Shown piece after piece: positions 20,801-28,830 of a DNA stretch of 64,000 nucleotides. Position 1 is the stretch's first letter. Each line of letters opens with the position of its first letter. Under the pieces are notes generated by a model that was given only the letters and a program-made list of their open reading frames with translations, searched no databases and was not told the DNA's origin. Source of the DNA: Bdellovibrionota bacterium (lineage in GTDB: Bacteria > Bdellovibrionota_C > UBA2361 > JBIKUX01); the NCBI GenBank assembly GCA_044347345.1, contig JBIKUX010000005.1, positions 1 through 64,000 on the forward strand, given 5' to 3'. The position numbers and the translations under genes were made by a program.

Positions 20801-21635
20801 CCTTAAGAGAGCGTCCACAGACTGATTGAACAGGCCCAAAAAATCTTTCAAACTGCGCATTTCCCTCGAGTAAAATCCCATCTTTAGAAAGAAGAAAAGA
20901 CGGGAAAGGTACTTCGTCCAATATACGGTTCCCACTATTTGCCTCTGTTACCGGCCGTTGTATAACTTCATCAAGTTCTTTGGATACTTGACGACGCCGT
21001 AGCTTTCTTCCTCGTCCAACTACTTCTCTAAACCTTTCCTTTTGTGTGGAATCCCGTTTAGCACTATTTTTTAGCTTATGTACAAACTTACCTATCGCAG
21101 AAACACAGGTAAAAAGTTCACCTACGATATCTCCTCGCCAAACAAAGCTAGGGCTACGATTTATAAGCTGAACATACCCTAAAAGAGCACCATTATTCTC
21201 AATTGGTAGAATAGCCAAACTAGACAAACCACGCTCTACCATAGCAAGATGAAGGCTTGTAGGAGCTCCATCTATACTTGGTACAAGCAAAGGTAACGAT
21301 ATGATTGCTCCGGACAAAGCTACAACAGAATTATTACTGAAGTTCAGTGGTATTAAATCAGCGGTCAAATGAGCTCGATCATAAAGCTCATTCTCCTCTC
21401 CTAGACTGGCAAAAAAAGCGACGTGCCTGATTTCTGTTGAGGTATTTGCCGAACCAACCACTACCTCTACTGCATCTACTCCGATTCCACCAGAGATAGA
21501 TCTAGCAGCGCGAGATACCAAATCATTGAGGTCAGAGGACTGCTCAATCTCACTGAGTAAAGAGTATATAAGGTCAGTTTGTTCCTTGACCATCTGCTTA
21601 GCATTACCCCTCAGAAAAAAAAACAATGAAATCAA
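17886..21635 (-). CDS. Cytoplasmic hybrid sensor histidine kinase (GAF-PAS-PAS-GAF-GAF-HisKA-HATPase-pseudo-receiver)
   Basis: H-box GVAHNFNNLL, N-box VLINAKEA, DNGKGM, FEPFFTTK, GLGLS, C-terminal KPF; several GAF-like S-x-x-x-VPL...GAV segments; no clear TM helix. May start at ATG 21593. Confidence 0.9.
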   Translation of the reverse strand: MISLFFFLRGNAKQMVKEQTDLIYSLLSEIEQSSDLNDLVSRAARSISGGIGVDAVEVVVGSANTSTEIRHVAFFASLGEENELYDRAHLTADLIPLNFSNNSVVALSGAIISLPLLVPSIDGAPTSLHLAMVERGLSSLAILPIENNGALLGYVQLINRSPSFVWRGDIVGELFTCVSAIGKFVHKLKNSAKRDSTQKERFREVVGRGRKLRRRQVSKELDEVIQRPVTEANSGNRILDEVPFPSFLLSKDGILLEGNAQFERFFGPVQSVCGRSLKELSEEYLSRTQAQAILTTLAHLIDQGSVYQRCDWRGEGPLAAVGDHTVHIFRLGEGEQSSQRFACVILPSGRRSFQSKLLEVKVQYKRLIDYAGAVVLRTDSELTILSVSGDVSRIVGIPPYALILTKLLGNEDIARLIPRVHRAKIMRKFRRYLLARIPLQDDIQVELPNGRGMRWLSLMVVPHYGDAPHISGSVKDDFNPETDTVFLGWEVIVTDVSDTKRIDHERMLNKRRLNALYRMTRALEFGSEPRLVTERGLHALIEATGAQCGYVTFFDRASGQLEVIASHGLPIKTVEMLESRLQAGSLTRSIIESGKGVLIDDLPKDPRYSGFLLAEQGLRSAVVVPLLDEDMPLGAVAVYSPDAFKFTQGDFDFALAAASQIGVAGRRAEFYLNQKRQADSYAALYRLSHEVSKHLSPRDIGLAAFPIIQEELACKRMWLGVINEAGSHLVGQAGVGPGMRKSLETLRIEMRSTERQLQQVLESGNPTIIDKASSSDCISLSRVARTLEIGAVVIVPLTALSQTIGVLIVEPIHAGAFFSQKKLPLLSSMATELATVMLARRFEEKMAISEKMRAAGVLASGVAHNFNNLLQAVMGQASLIEMQATKDSAIHKASSSILAAAERGTNLIAHLLHFSPHKPEVRTIVNIGELIKTSTSYYRTIVGATTLVEINVPDEELPVYGDHELLQQVFSTVLINAKEAIEGRLINDKHYNPRIVISVGEVAVAPSDVDGLLIPGDYIRIDIADNGKGMTSEEESRCFEPFFTTKNVDSRLGIGITGAGLGLSTAYSVLRHHQGHLTVTTESGRGSMFSVFLPRAVIGSINSKEKSLQRLASGIVAEVVLIGFPEEEEHRVATRFEAQGVVVAFGRSISEVSATLNSTAIIIAYADNPHFDINDLLGTPPSLHICLVSDEAGRWQSIRALNRERFEVIGKPFDVWKIHAVTRRVMALRVNEFGLDNKNKPSDQALVKG

Positions 21636-22390
21636 CTAATAATGATTACTCTCGAATTTTTTACTCTCTCTTCGATAGTTTTTGACAAAAAGGCATGATA
21701 TTCAAGCTCACGCCGAGCCTTTAACGCTGGATCTCCATTATTGTCACGATACTCCTTTCGTAACTCCTCTGTTGTCATTCCGTATTTTCTTTGGAATAAA
21801 AAATTACTCACAAGAAGATCTGCCAGAGCTATTATAAGAAGAATAACAAAACACACTGTAGATCCTAACCAAACAACTACCCAAGGTTTGTAGAACCATC
21901 CGTTAGATACGTCCTTAACTTTACTCCATAACACCAAATAGAGCACAGTAGAAAAAACAATGACAAGAAAGAAATTTACAAGACCAGCAAAGACTTGCCG
22001 AAAAAATTGAGTGATCCAAGAAGAGGGATTCAATCTTTCAAGCTGAAAGGAAATAGTTTTGACCGTGATATGAATACCTGTTTGATATAAACTAAGTAGT
22101 ATTGCACTTATTCCTCCAAAAACAAGCGGAACTACCCCCAGCATAAACCAGATAACTAACAGTGGTTTAAGTGCCATTTTGATGCAAATGGACGTATTTT
22201 TCTCCATAGCAAGACACTGCAAACCTGGCTTGATGGATACCTTGGCACAATAAACCCAAATAATAAAAGTAACAGACACAACTACTATTCCGGCACATAA
22301 CGCACCGATTGCTCGAGGGCTGTTATTTACTATTCCTTTATTTCTCAACTGAGTGAGTTTATAAGTTGAAGGAGGAAAATTTTTATTCAC
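21632..22390 (-). CDS. sctU: SctU/FlhB N-terminal part (TM domain plus CN linker), ending at the autocleavage position
   Basis: PSTYKLTQLRNKG, four TM segments, LERLNP, MTTEELRKEYRDNNGDPALKARR; ends KNSRVIIIS-stop with no NPTH. Confidence 0.88.
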   Translation of the reverse strand: MNKNFPPSTYKLTQLRNKGIVNNSPRAIGALCAGIVVVSVTFIIWVYCAKVSIKPGLQCLAMEKNTSICIKMALKPLLVIWFMLGVVPLVFGGISAILLSLYQTGIHITVKTISFQLERLNPSSWITQFFRQVFAGLVNFFLVIVFSTVLYLVLWSKVKDVSNGWFYKPWVVVWLGSTVCFVILLIIALADLLVSNFLFQRKYGMTTEELRKEYRDNNGDPALKARRELEYHAFLSKTIEERVKNSRVIIIS

Positions 22391-22405
22391 TTCTTATCTT
22401 ACAAT

Positions 22406-23194
22406 TTATCTAGTAGGAAGAGATAACTTTGCATTCCCAAGCATGGTTAATAGATTGGTATCATAGGTAGCTGCTATTATTTTTTCAAAAGCTACTATTT
22501 TCTCAGAGAACAATCGTTGACAGATGCAAACTAGCAAAAGAGTGATTATGCTAGCCCGAAATATATTAAACTCTGCATTAGCCGATATTCCTGGAACTAG
22601 TTTAGAAATTATTATAGCAATACCGTCAGCCAAAAGACTCAGAAGGATTAATGGAATTAAAAAAAGAATTAGTTGAGAGATTGTTGAAGTAAGAAGAGAA
22701 ATGACTACTGAGCTTAACATCTCAAATGAGAAAACTGAACTGCCAACTCTAACAAATTTAAAACTAGTTATATAATTCTCTGCGAGTCTATGAATAGCTC
22801 CAGATAATACCAAACAAGCAAGAGTTAATTTTTCTGTATATATCGCCAGTGGAGAGCTCTCTTTATTTTGAGAGGAGAATGAATAGGGATTAAGAATAGC
22901 ACCTAAAGATGTACCGCGAAAACTATCGACTAATGCTCCGAGGACTCTACCACTTCTCAGAAAGAGAGCGATAGGACATCCAATAAGACATCCAAAAATA
23001 AATTCTTGCACATAAAGAAAAATCGACCAAATAGAGAATAATTCGCTTACTCTATTGGATGTAAAAGAATCTAAATTACCCATAGCCCAAACAGAAAAAA
23101 CCAATGCAACTGTTGCCTTTAGCGGTCCCTTAATAAAAGGGAATAAGACTAAAACCCCAAGGGCGCGCATGAACTCATACAGAGGAAATATCAT
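22406..23194 (-). CDS. sctT: T3SS export gate SctT (FliR family)
   Basis: Polytopic membrane protein; QEFIFGCLIG, GALVDSFRG, LLAD...SKLVP; lies between sctS and sctU. Confidence 0.85.
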   Translation of the reverse strand: MIFPLYEFMRALGVLVLFPFIKGPLKATVALVFSVWAMGNLDSFTSNRVSELFSIWSIFLYVQEFIFGCLIGCPIALFLRSGRVLGALVDSFRGTSLGAILNPYSFSSQNKESSPLAIYTEKLTLACLVLSGAIHRLAENYITSFKFVRVGSSVFSFEMLSSVVISLLTSTISQLILFLIPLILLSLLADGIAIIISKLVPGISANAEFNIFRASIITLLLVCICQRLFSEKIVAFEKIIAATYDTNLLTMLGNAKLSLPTR

Positions 23195-23218
23195 AACGAA
23201 GAAATTAAAGTATTTTAA

Positions 23219-23482
23219 TTATAATTCCGTTCTTCCAATAGAAGCTCCTAATTCTATTGCGTTAACTGTGAGTTGTTCAAATTTTCGCCATAACGTCGCA
23301 CTTCCAGCTAGCAACACGATAAACAGCACCACAAGTTTAATGACAAATTGAGAGGTTTGTTCTTGAACGTGAGTAGCAGCTTGAATGGCACTGACAAACA
23401 GTGACACTACACTCGTGATAATAAGAGGAACAACTCCAGCTAAAAAAAATAACCAAAGTCCATTAATTAAAAGTAGTCGCAT
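23219..23482 (-). CDS. sctS: T3SS export gate SctS (FliQ family)
   Basis: 87 aa, two TM helices, VSAIQAATHVQEQTSQFVIKL. Confidence 0.92.
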   Translation of the reverse strand: MRLLLINGLWLFFLAGVVPLIITSVVSLFVSAIQAATHVQEQTSQFVIKLVVLFIVLLAGSATLWRKFEQLTVNAIELGASIGRTEL

Positions 23483-23489
23483 AGTAGAA

Positions 23490-24146
23490 CTATTGATAAG
23501 ATAAAATCAGACTTTCAGAGAGAAGTATCCACCCGTTTGTTACTGCAAAAAGAAGTAACTTAAGAGGCAGTGCTACTAAAGTAGGGCTCACCATCATCAT
23601 TCCAAGCCCCGTCAAAAGTTGAGCTACGACTAAATCAATAATAACGAAGGGTGTAAGCAAAGCTACACCCATAAGTAACGCTTCTTTTAGTTCACTTAAA
23701 AGAAATGCAGGAATCACCTCAAACCATTTGAGAATAGATTCCTCTGGGATATCGGAATCAATGATATTCTTTTCGGAGGAATTATTTGCACGCATTCGAA
23801 TAATGAAATCTCTTTCAGACCTGCCGGTGTGACGATCCAAAAATGCAAGCCATGGAGCGAAAATATCCTTTATTTCTTGACTAGAGACCGATCCCACTCC
23901 CTTTCCAACCAGAGGTTTTATCTTAGGTAAGACCTCTTCAAAAATAGGACCCATTATAAAGCCAGTGAGAGCTAGTGCGAGTACAACTTCTGCTAGAATG
24001 CCAGGAGACTGCTGTAAACCTAAGGCATTTTTTAAGACCTGAAGCACTATAGATATTTTAAGGTAAGATGATGCTACACCAAAAATTATCGGAAACACTG
24101 ACAACAAAAACGCTGCAGAAAGTAAGGTTGTAGGCTGAAAATTCAC
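23490..24146 (-). CDS. sctR: T3SS export gate SctR (FliP family)
   Basis: SYLKISIVL..LKNALGLQQSP, PAFLLSELK, PFVIIDLVVA..L.GLGMMMVSP..VALPLKLLLF...GW. No FliP-type signal peptide. Confidence 0.95.
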   Translation of the reverse strand: MNFQPTTLLSAAFLLSVFPIIFGVASSYLKISIVLQVLKNALGLQQSPGILAEVVLALALTGFIMGPIFEEVLPKIKPLVGKGVGSVSSQEIKDIFAPWLAFLDRHTGRSERDFIIRMRANNSSEKNIIDSDIPEESILKWFEVIPAFLLSELKEALLMGVALLTPFVIIDLVVAQLLTGLGMMMVSPTLVALPLKLLLFAVTNGWILLSESLILSYQ

Positions 24147-25030
24147 TGATCCTCTACTACTTTAAATGAAACCATTTTTAATGAATGATGCCTACAAATT
24201 GCAGCAAACCTTTGCACTATTGTATCTGAACTGTTTTTAAGAGATTTGCTCGAAGAACGAAGTATCAATGAGACACCACCGGAAAATGGCATCCCTAAAG
24301 TTATAATTACTTCTTTGCCACTTGGTAAAGTGTAACGGAGAGATACTGTCTGTAACAGCTTGCTAGCTTTTTGAATCAATTCATTAAGCTTTTGAACGAT
24401 AAAAATCATATCCCTTGAGGTCGAGGGATTCTCTGATTTTAAGAAGGTATAAAAATTTAAATTATGAAAATTAGCCTGATTTTTCTCTTCGATAATTTCT
24501 CTTTTCTTGTATAACAACTGTTGTGATTGTTTAATGCTGCTTTGGAGATGCTCGCTTCTTTTACTGCTTAAAAGAATTTGATTCTGTTGAAGTTTTAATT
24601 CTTGGTTCAGTTCGTTTTCTTTATTATTTATGAAACCAACTTTATCCGCTAAGTTGTTAAGAATCGTCAGATTGCGAGAAATAAAGTTGGGTGATTTACG
24701 CGCTAAATCAATGACTAAATCTCTGTGTTCGAGATTTTGAGTGTGTTCGAGATTTTGAGTGTGTTTTTTTCCAATTAAGATCGGTTTGATAACATCATCG
24801 TAAATTTGTTGCTGCGAAAGCCTTATTTTCTCACGATCATAAGTCAGATTTTCAATTTTTTTTCTTAACCTAAACAAGTGTTGTTCTTGTTGTTTTTTAA
24901 TAACAGAGTTTTGACGAAATCGTAAAGAACGTATAAAAATTTTGCGGGCTATTGATTCTTGTGATGTAGTCATAGGTATATTTTCAGTAAAATTTGCAGT
25001 GTTAGCAGTAAATGTCGTCATTGCTAACAT
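24143..25030 (-). CDS. Probable SctO (FliJ-like coiled coil) fused to an SctP/FliK-like C-terminal T3S4 domain
   Basis: About 150 aa of Q/K/E/L-rich coiled coil, then a beta-beta-beta-alpha-beta-like tail (VSLRYTLPSGKEVIITL...VSLILRS...LKMVSFKV); occupies the sctO/sctP position upstream of sctR. Confidence 0.5.
   Translation of the reverse strand: MLAMTTFTANTANFTENIPMTTSQESIARKIFIRSLRFRQNSVIKKQQEQHLFRLRKKIENLTYDREKIRLSQQQIYDDVIKPILIGKKHTQNLEHTQNLEHRDLVIDLARKSPNFISRNLTILNNLADKVGFINNKENELNQELKLQQNQILLSSKRSEHLQSSIKQSQQLLYKKREIIEEKNQANFHNLNFYTFLKSENPSTSRDMIFIVQKLNELIQKASKLLQTVSLRYTLPSGKEVIITLGMPFSGGVSLILRSSSKSLKNSSDTIVQRFAAICRHHSLKMVSFKVVEDQ
24724..24765. repeat. 18-bp in-frame tandem duplication (HTQNLE x2)
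   Basis: TGTGTTCGAGATTTTGAG x2 plus a partial copy. Confidence 0.9.
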
Positions 25031-25359
25031 CCTTGATGTAATCTACGAACCAGCCCGGAAACTGAATCAGATATTTTTGAAAATAATTCAACTTGCACCT
25101 GCATTTCTCCTACTCGCATTTGCAGTGAGAGTAGTTCTTGAGGGGAGAAGTTTTTTCCTCGTTTTACTTGCTCTCCCAACTTTGATAATTGGGCTTGGTT
25201 TTTTAACATAGTCTTAAATATCGAGTTTAAGTCTTGCTTAAATGTTTTTAAATTGGATGATGGTGTGGCTCTGGGTACTGTCGAAACCGATGGAAGGCTC
25301 GATAGTTGAAACGATTTTTCTGCTACCGAATTAAGTGATTGCAAAGGGATTACAGACAT
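25024..25359 (-). CDS. sctI: T3SS inner-rod protein (SctI; EscI/YscI/HrpB family)
   Basis: C-terminal FSPQELLSLQMRVGEMQVQVELFSKISDSVSGLVRRL; S/P/T-rich N-terminus; GAGG RBS. Confidence 0.75.
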   Translation of the reverse strand: MSVIPLQSLNSVAEKSFQLSSLPSVSTVPRATPSSNLKTFKQDLNSIFKTMLKNQAQLSKLGEQVKRGKNFSPQELLSLQMRVGEMQVQVELFSKISDSVSGLVRRLHQGC

Positions 25360-25434
25360 TAATATTTCCTCATACTAAATTTATAAGGAAATAATCGAAA
25401 TCAATCGTCAGACGTTGCTTAAAAATCTTATAAG

Positions 25435-25875
25435 TTATTTATCTGGGGAGTTTAATCGCAGTTTGGCTAATTGGGATAATACTACCTGCTCGTTCCAATC
25501 TCTCTGTTGCGAGAATGTTGGACGGAGCAATGCCGCAAGTATAGGTAATATCAATCTTTTGATAAAAACGATAAGTGGCCCAACGAATCTTCTATGGGAT
25601 GATACGAGCGGAGATAATAATTCTGGTTCCCAATTTTTTGCCAAAGCCCTAAGATTTTCAAAAGCATAGGTGTCATTACCATCTAGTTTCCATGCTAGCT
25701 CTTTTAACCGTCTGTTTGAAATATTAACTATATCCCGCTCAGTAAATTGGCCATGTAATAACCGTTGACTCACTGAAGATTTCAAAGATTCCGATATATT
25801 ACTATTTTGGCACCCGTTTATTACTAGCCACACGGTAGCTTTAGAAGTGGAGAGCGTATCAGAAGATAAGTCCAT
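25435..25875 (-). CDS. Hypothetical protein
   Basis: 146-aa ORF. SSHRRFVGPLIVFIKRL...QQRDWN resembles segments seen on surface-polysaccharide methyl/glycosyltransferases. Confidence 0.55.
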   Translation of the reverse strand: MDLSSDTLSTSKATVWLVINGCQNSNISESLKSSVSQRLLHGQFTERDIVNISNRRLKELAWKLDGNDTYAFENLRALAKNWEPELLSPLVSSHRRFVGPLIVFIKRLILPILAALLRPTFSQQRDWNEQVVLSQLAKLRLNSPDK

Positions 25876-26008
25876 AATGGGGGAGGTTATCAGCTTCTTA
25901 ACGAGGCTACAAGGAGGTTCAGTATTTCGTTGTTTTTGAAGCGAAAGAGATTAGATTGTCGTCCCAATAGAGAATGAAAGAAAGCTCGGTATTTCTCGTG
26001 GATATTGT

Positions 26009-26971
26009 ATGGTTGAAAGGTTTTGGTTTTCATGTCAGCCACTAAACCGTTTGACTCCTACGAGATTATTTTTACTTTATGGAACTTTATTTTTTATCAG
26101 TTTAGGTTGTGCTCCAAAGAGTAAATTCGAAAGCTTAATTGACCAGGGACCCCTTATACTAAGCTCCGATAACCCTTATATTGCTCAGAATCTTTTTTTA
26201 GCGAAAGAAGCTGAAATCAGTGATTATTTAAATAAGTTTCTTAATCATAGAGGCGCCCCTGACGCAATTGGTATCTCAGACAGGGGTGAAACTATTGAAC
26301 TTTTCTACCCCAAAGCCAAAGAAAGATATGTGGGAGTTCGCACTTTAGCCGAATCTGAAAGCGGATTCCCCCAATACGAGTGGATTATCCGTGGTCCAGA
26401 TTTAATTCCTCGTAGTGCATTCAGATCATTAGGTAGACCAACCGGTAGGCAAACCAAAAAAATATCAGAACCACCCGTCTTTTTTGTGCATGGTCAAATA
26501 ACTCGATTTACAGGCCCACTAAGGCAGCTCCAAGCAGTTCGCCCCTCACCCACCCCCAGCCCCACAGCGTCTCTGAGACCTTTTTTAGCACCGAAGAGAA
26601 AAATGGTTAGAGGCTCTTCAGAGTCCAAGCAAAAAAAACATGTCGCTATGACACCAAAACCACTAGCTGATTTACCTACAAAAAATTTACCGAACGGCTC
26701 TTTAAACTCTGATGCTCAGGCACTTTTGATTTCTCAGGGCTATGCTCCTAGATCGCCGAATGGGGACTTGCTCCACACTATAAACTTTGAAACTGAAACT
26801 TTAGCTAAAATTGCCGTATGGTATACTGGAAGCGAATCAACGCTTCCCAAAATAGCTCAAGCAAATGAGTCATTAAAAGCTTCTACATCATCACCTCTAA
26901 CCAAGGGTCTTGTTATAACTATTCCTAAAGATTTAGTAAAAAACTGGAAGCAGATGAAGAACGGAGCTTAG
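26009..26971 (+). CDS. Lipoprotein with C-terminal LysM-like domain
   Basis: Lipobox ISLGC, Pro-rich linker, HTINFETETLAKIAVWYTG...IAQAN...LTKGLVITIP. Confidence 0.75.
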   Translation: MVERFWFSCQPLNRLTPTRLFLLYGTLFFISLGCAPKSKFESLIDQGPLILSSDNPYIAQNLFLAKEAEISDYLNKFLNHRGAPDAIGISDRGETIELFYPKAKERYVGVRTLAESESGFPQYEWIIRGPDLIPRSAFRSLGRPTGRQTKKISEPPVFFVHGQITRFTGPLRQLQAVRPSPTPSPTASLRPFLAPKRKMVRGSSESKQKKHVAMTPKPLADLPTKNLPNGSLNSDAQALLISQGYAPRSPNGDLLHTINFETETLAKIAVWYTGSESTLPKIAQANESLKASTSSPLTKGLVITIPKDLVKNWKQMKNGA

Positions 26972-26985
26972 TTCTCTTTAACGAG

Positions 26986-28830
26986 CTACTCTACTGTAAC
27001 ACTTTTAGCCAAATTTCTAGGAAGATCGACGTCAGCACCATTTAAAACAGCGATATTATAGGCTAATAACTGAAGCGGTACTGTCATTGCTAACGGAGAA
27101 AGTAACTCAGACAAATGCGGAGTTTCGACTATATAATCCGCTAAATTAGCTAATTCAGGATGTCCTTCGGTGTCTGTAACAGCTATAATAAGTGCTCCGC
27201 GTGATTCTACCTCGCGAAGATTAGAAAATGTTTTTTCAAACAATTCAGAAGGAGTACGGGGTAATAAAACAACTACTGGAACATTATCATCGACTAAGGC
27301 AATAGGCCCATGCTTTATTTCACCAGCAGGATAACCTTCAGCATGAATATAAGATATTTCTTTAAGTTTTAACGCTCCCTCTAACGCAATTGGGTAACAA
27401 AAGCCTCTACCTAAAAACAGATAATCACGAGCCTTGTAGGTAGCTTGGGCAATCTGCTCAATCCTTGCCTTATTACGCAAGATATCATCAATAGCCGCAG
27501 GAACATGTAAAATTGCATTTATTGCTTGAGCTATAGAATCTGCCTTAATAGAATTACGTTCTTGAGCAATATAGAGTGCTAAAAGATAACCTGCTATTAA
27601 TTGAGTGATAAATGCCTTAGTTGATGCCACACTAATTTCAGGTCCAGCATTTGTATAAATAGTATTTTCAACCTTTCTGGTAAGTGAAGAACCCACTACA
27701 TTGCAAATAGCTAGAGTCATCGCATGCGGTCTTGCCCTGTCGACCGCAGCTAATGTATCAGCAGTTTCTCCTGATTGAGAAATCGCCAATACAAGCGTCG
27801 ATGGAGATAGAATAATATCTCGGTAACGAAATTCAGATGAGTAATCAACCTCTACGGGAATTCCAGCAAATCTCTCAATGTAAAATTTTACCATTAAACC
27901 AGCATAATAAGCTGTACCACATCCTACTATAATAATTCTATTTATCGCTAATAAGTCATTTTTTCTCTCGTTGAGCTCAGAAAGGTTAACTCTTGAATAT
28001 GAACTATCAAGTTTTCCAATTAAAGTATCGCTTACTACACTACCTTGTTCATAGATTTCTTTTGACATAAAGTGCGGAAAGCCACCTTTCTGAGCGGTAA
28101 CTGGATCCCACGTTATCTGCTGAATAGTCCTATCTATTATTAATCCAGAGTTTTCTATAATAACCGAAGAAGACGTAACTGTGGCCAAATCTCCATCTTC
28201 TAGAATAACAACTTTCTTGGTATGGGATAACACTGCCGGAATATCGCTAGCAATAAAATTTTCATCCTCGCCAAGGCCTATGACAAGAGGAGTACCAGTT
28301 TTTGCGACAAAAATACGATCAGGAGCATTGAGATCAAGAACAAGAATTGCATAACTGCCTCTCAAGCGACTACATGCATCACGAACGGCACAAATAGTGG
28401 TTTTACCCAATCTAATCTCTCTACTAATTAAGTGAGCAGCTACCTCAGTATCGGTCTCAGATAAAAAAATTGCTCCTTCTCTCTGCAATTCTTCCCGCAG
28501 CTCAGAATAATTTTCAATTATACCATTATGAATTATGCTGACTGAGTCAGCAGAGTGAGGATGAGCATTTTCTTGAGATGGCTTTCCATGAGTAGCCCAC
28601 CTAGTGTGCCCGAGACCTATTCTGGCTGATCCAGAAATTTTTTTTTGGAGTTTTTCTATCTCTTGCTTCAGTACGTTTAACTTACCTTTAGCTCTTACTA
28701 CCTGAAGGACACCATTATCAACAATTGCTACTCCAGCTGAGTCGTATCCCCGATATTCAAGTTTCTCCAGACCACTTAGAATCACTGTTAGCGCATCTCC
28801 TGACCCAACGTAGCCCATGATTCCGCACAT
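26986..28830 (-). CDS. glmS: Glutamine-fructose-6-phosphate aminotransferase
   Basis: MCGIMG N-terminus, LEYRGYDSAG, GHTRWATHG, SQSGETADT, PRNLAKSVTVE. Confidence 0.98.
   Translation of the reverse strand: MCGIMGYVGSGDALTVILSGLEKLEYRGYDSAGVAIVDNGVLQVVRAKGKLNVLKQEIEKLQKKISGSARIGLGHTRWATHGKPSQENAHPHSADSVSIIHNGIIENYSELREELQREGAIFLSETDTEVAAHLISREIRLGKTTICAVRDACSRLRGSYAILVLDLNAPDRIFVAKTGTPLVIGLGEDENFIASDIPAVLSHTKKVVILEDGDLATVTSSSVIIENSGLIIDRTIQQITWDPVTAQKGGFPHFMSKEIYEQGSVVSDTLIGKLDSSYSRVNLSELNERKNDLLAINRIIIVGCGTAYYAGLMVKFYIERFAGIPVEVDYSSEFRYRDIILSPSTLVLAISQSGETADTLAAVDRARPHAMTLAICNVVGSSLTRKVENTIYTNAGPEISVASTKAFITQLIAGYLLALYIAQERNSIKADSIAQAINAILHVPAAIDDILRNKARIEQIAQATYKARDYLFLGRGFCYPIALEGALKLKEISYIHAEGYPAGEIKHGPIALVDDNVPVVVLLPRTPSELFEKTFSNLREVESRGALIIAVTDTEGHPELANLADYIVETPHLSELLSPLAMTVPLQLLAYNIAVLNGADVDLPRNLAKSVTVE

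Noticed and set aside
21590-21660. Simple frameshift or phase variation at the A9 tract explaining the truncated sctU
   Set aside because: The tract lies after the stop codon, I saw no FlhB-CC sequence immediately downstream, and the CC domain is a separate gene about 3.75 kb away.
21632-25359. Flagellar fliP-fliQ-fliR-flhB operon
   Set aside because: No FliP signal peptide, an SctI-like gene rather than fliE/fliO, and no other flagellar genes nearby; an injectisome-type system is favoured, pending phylogeny.
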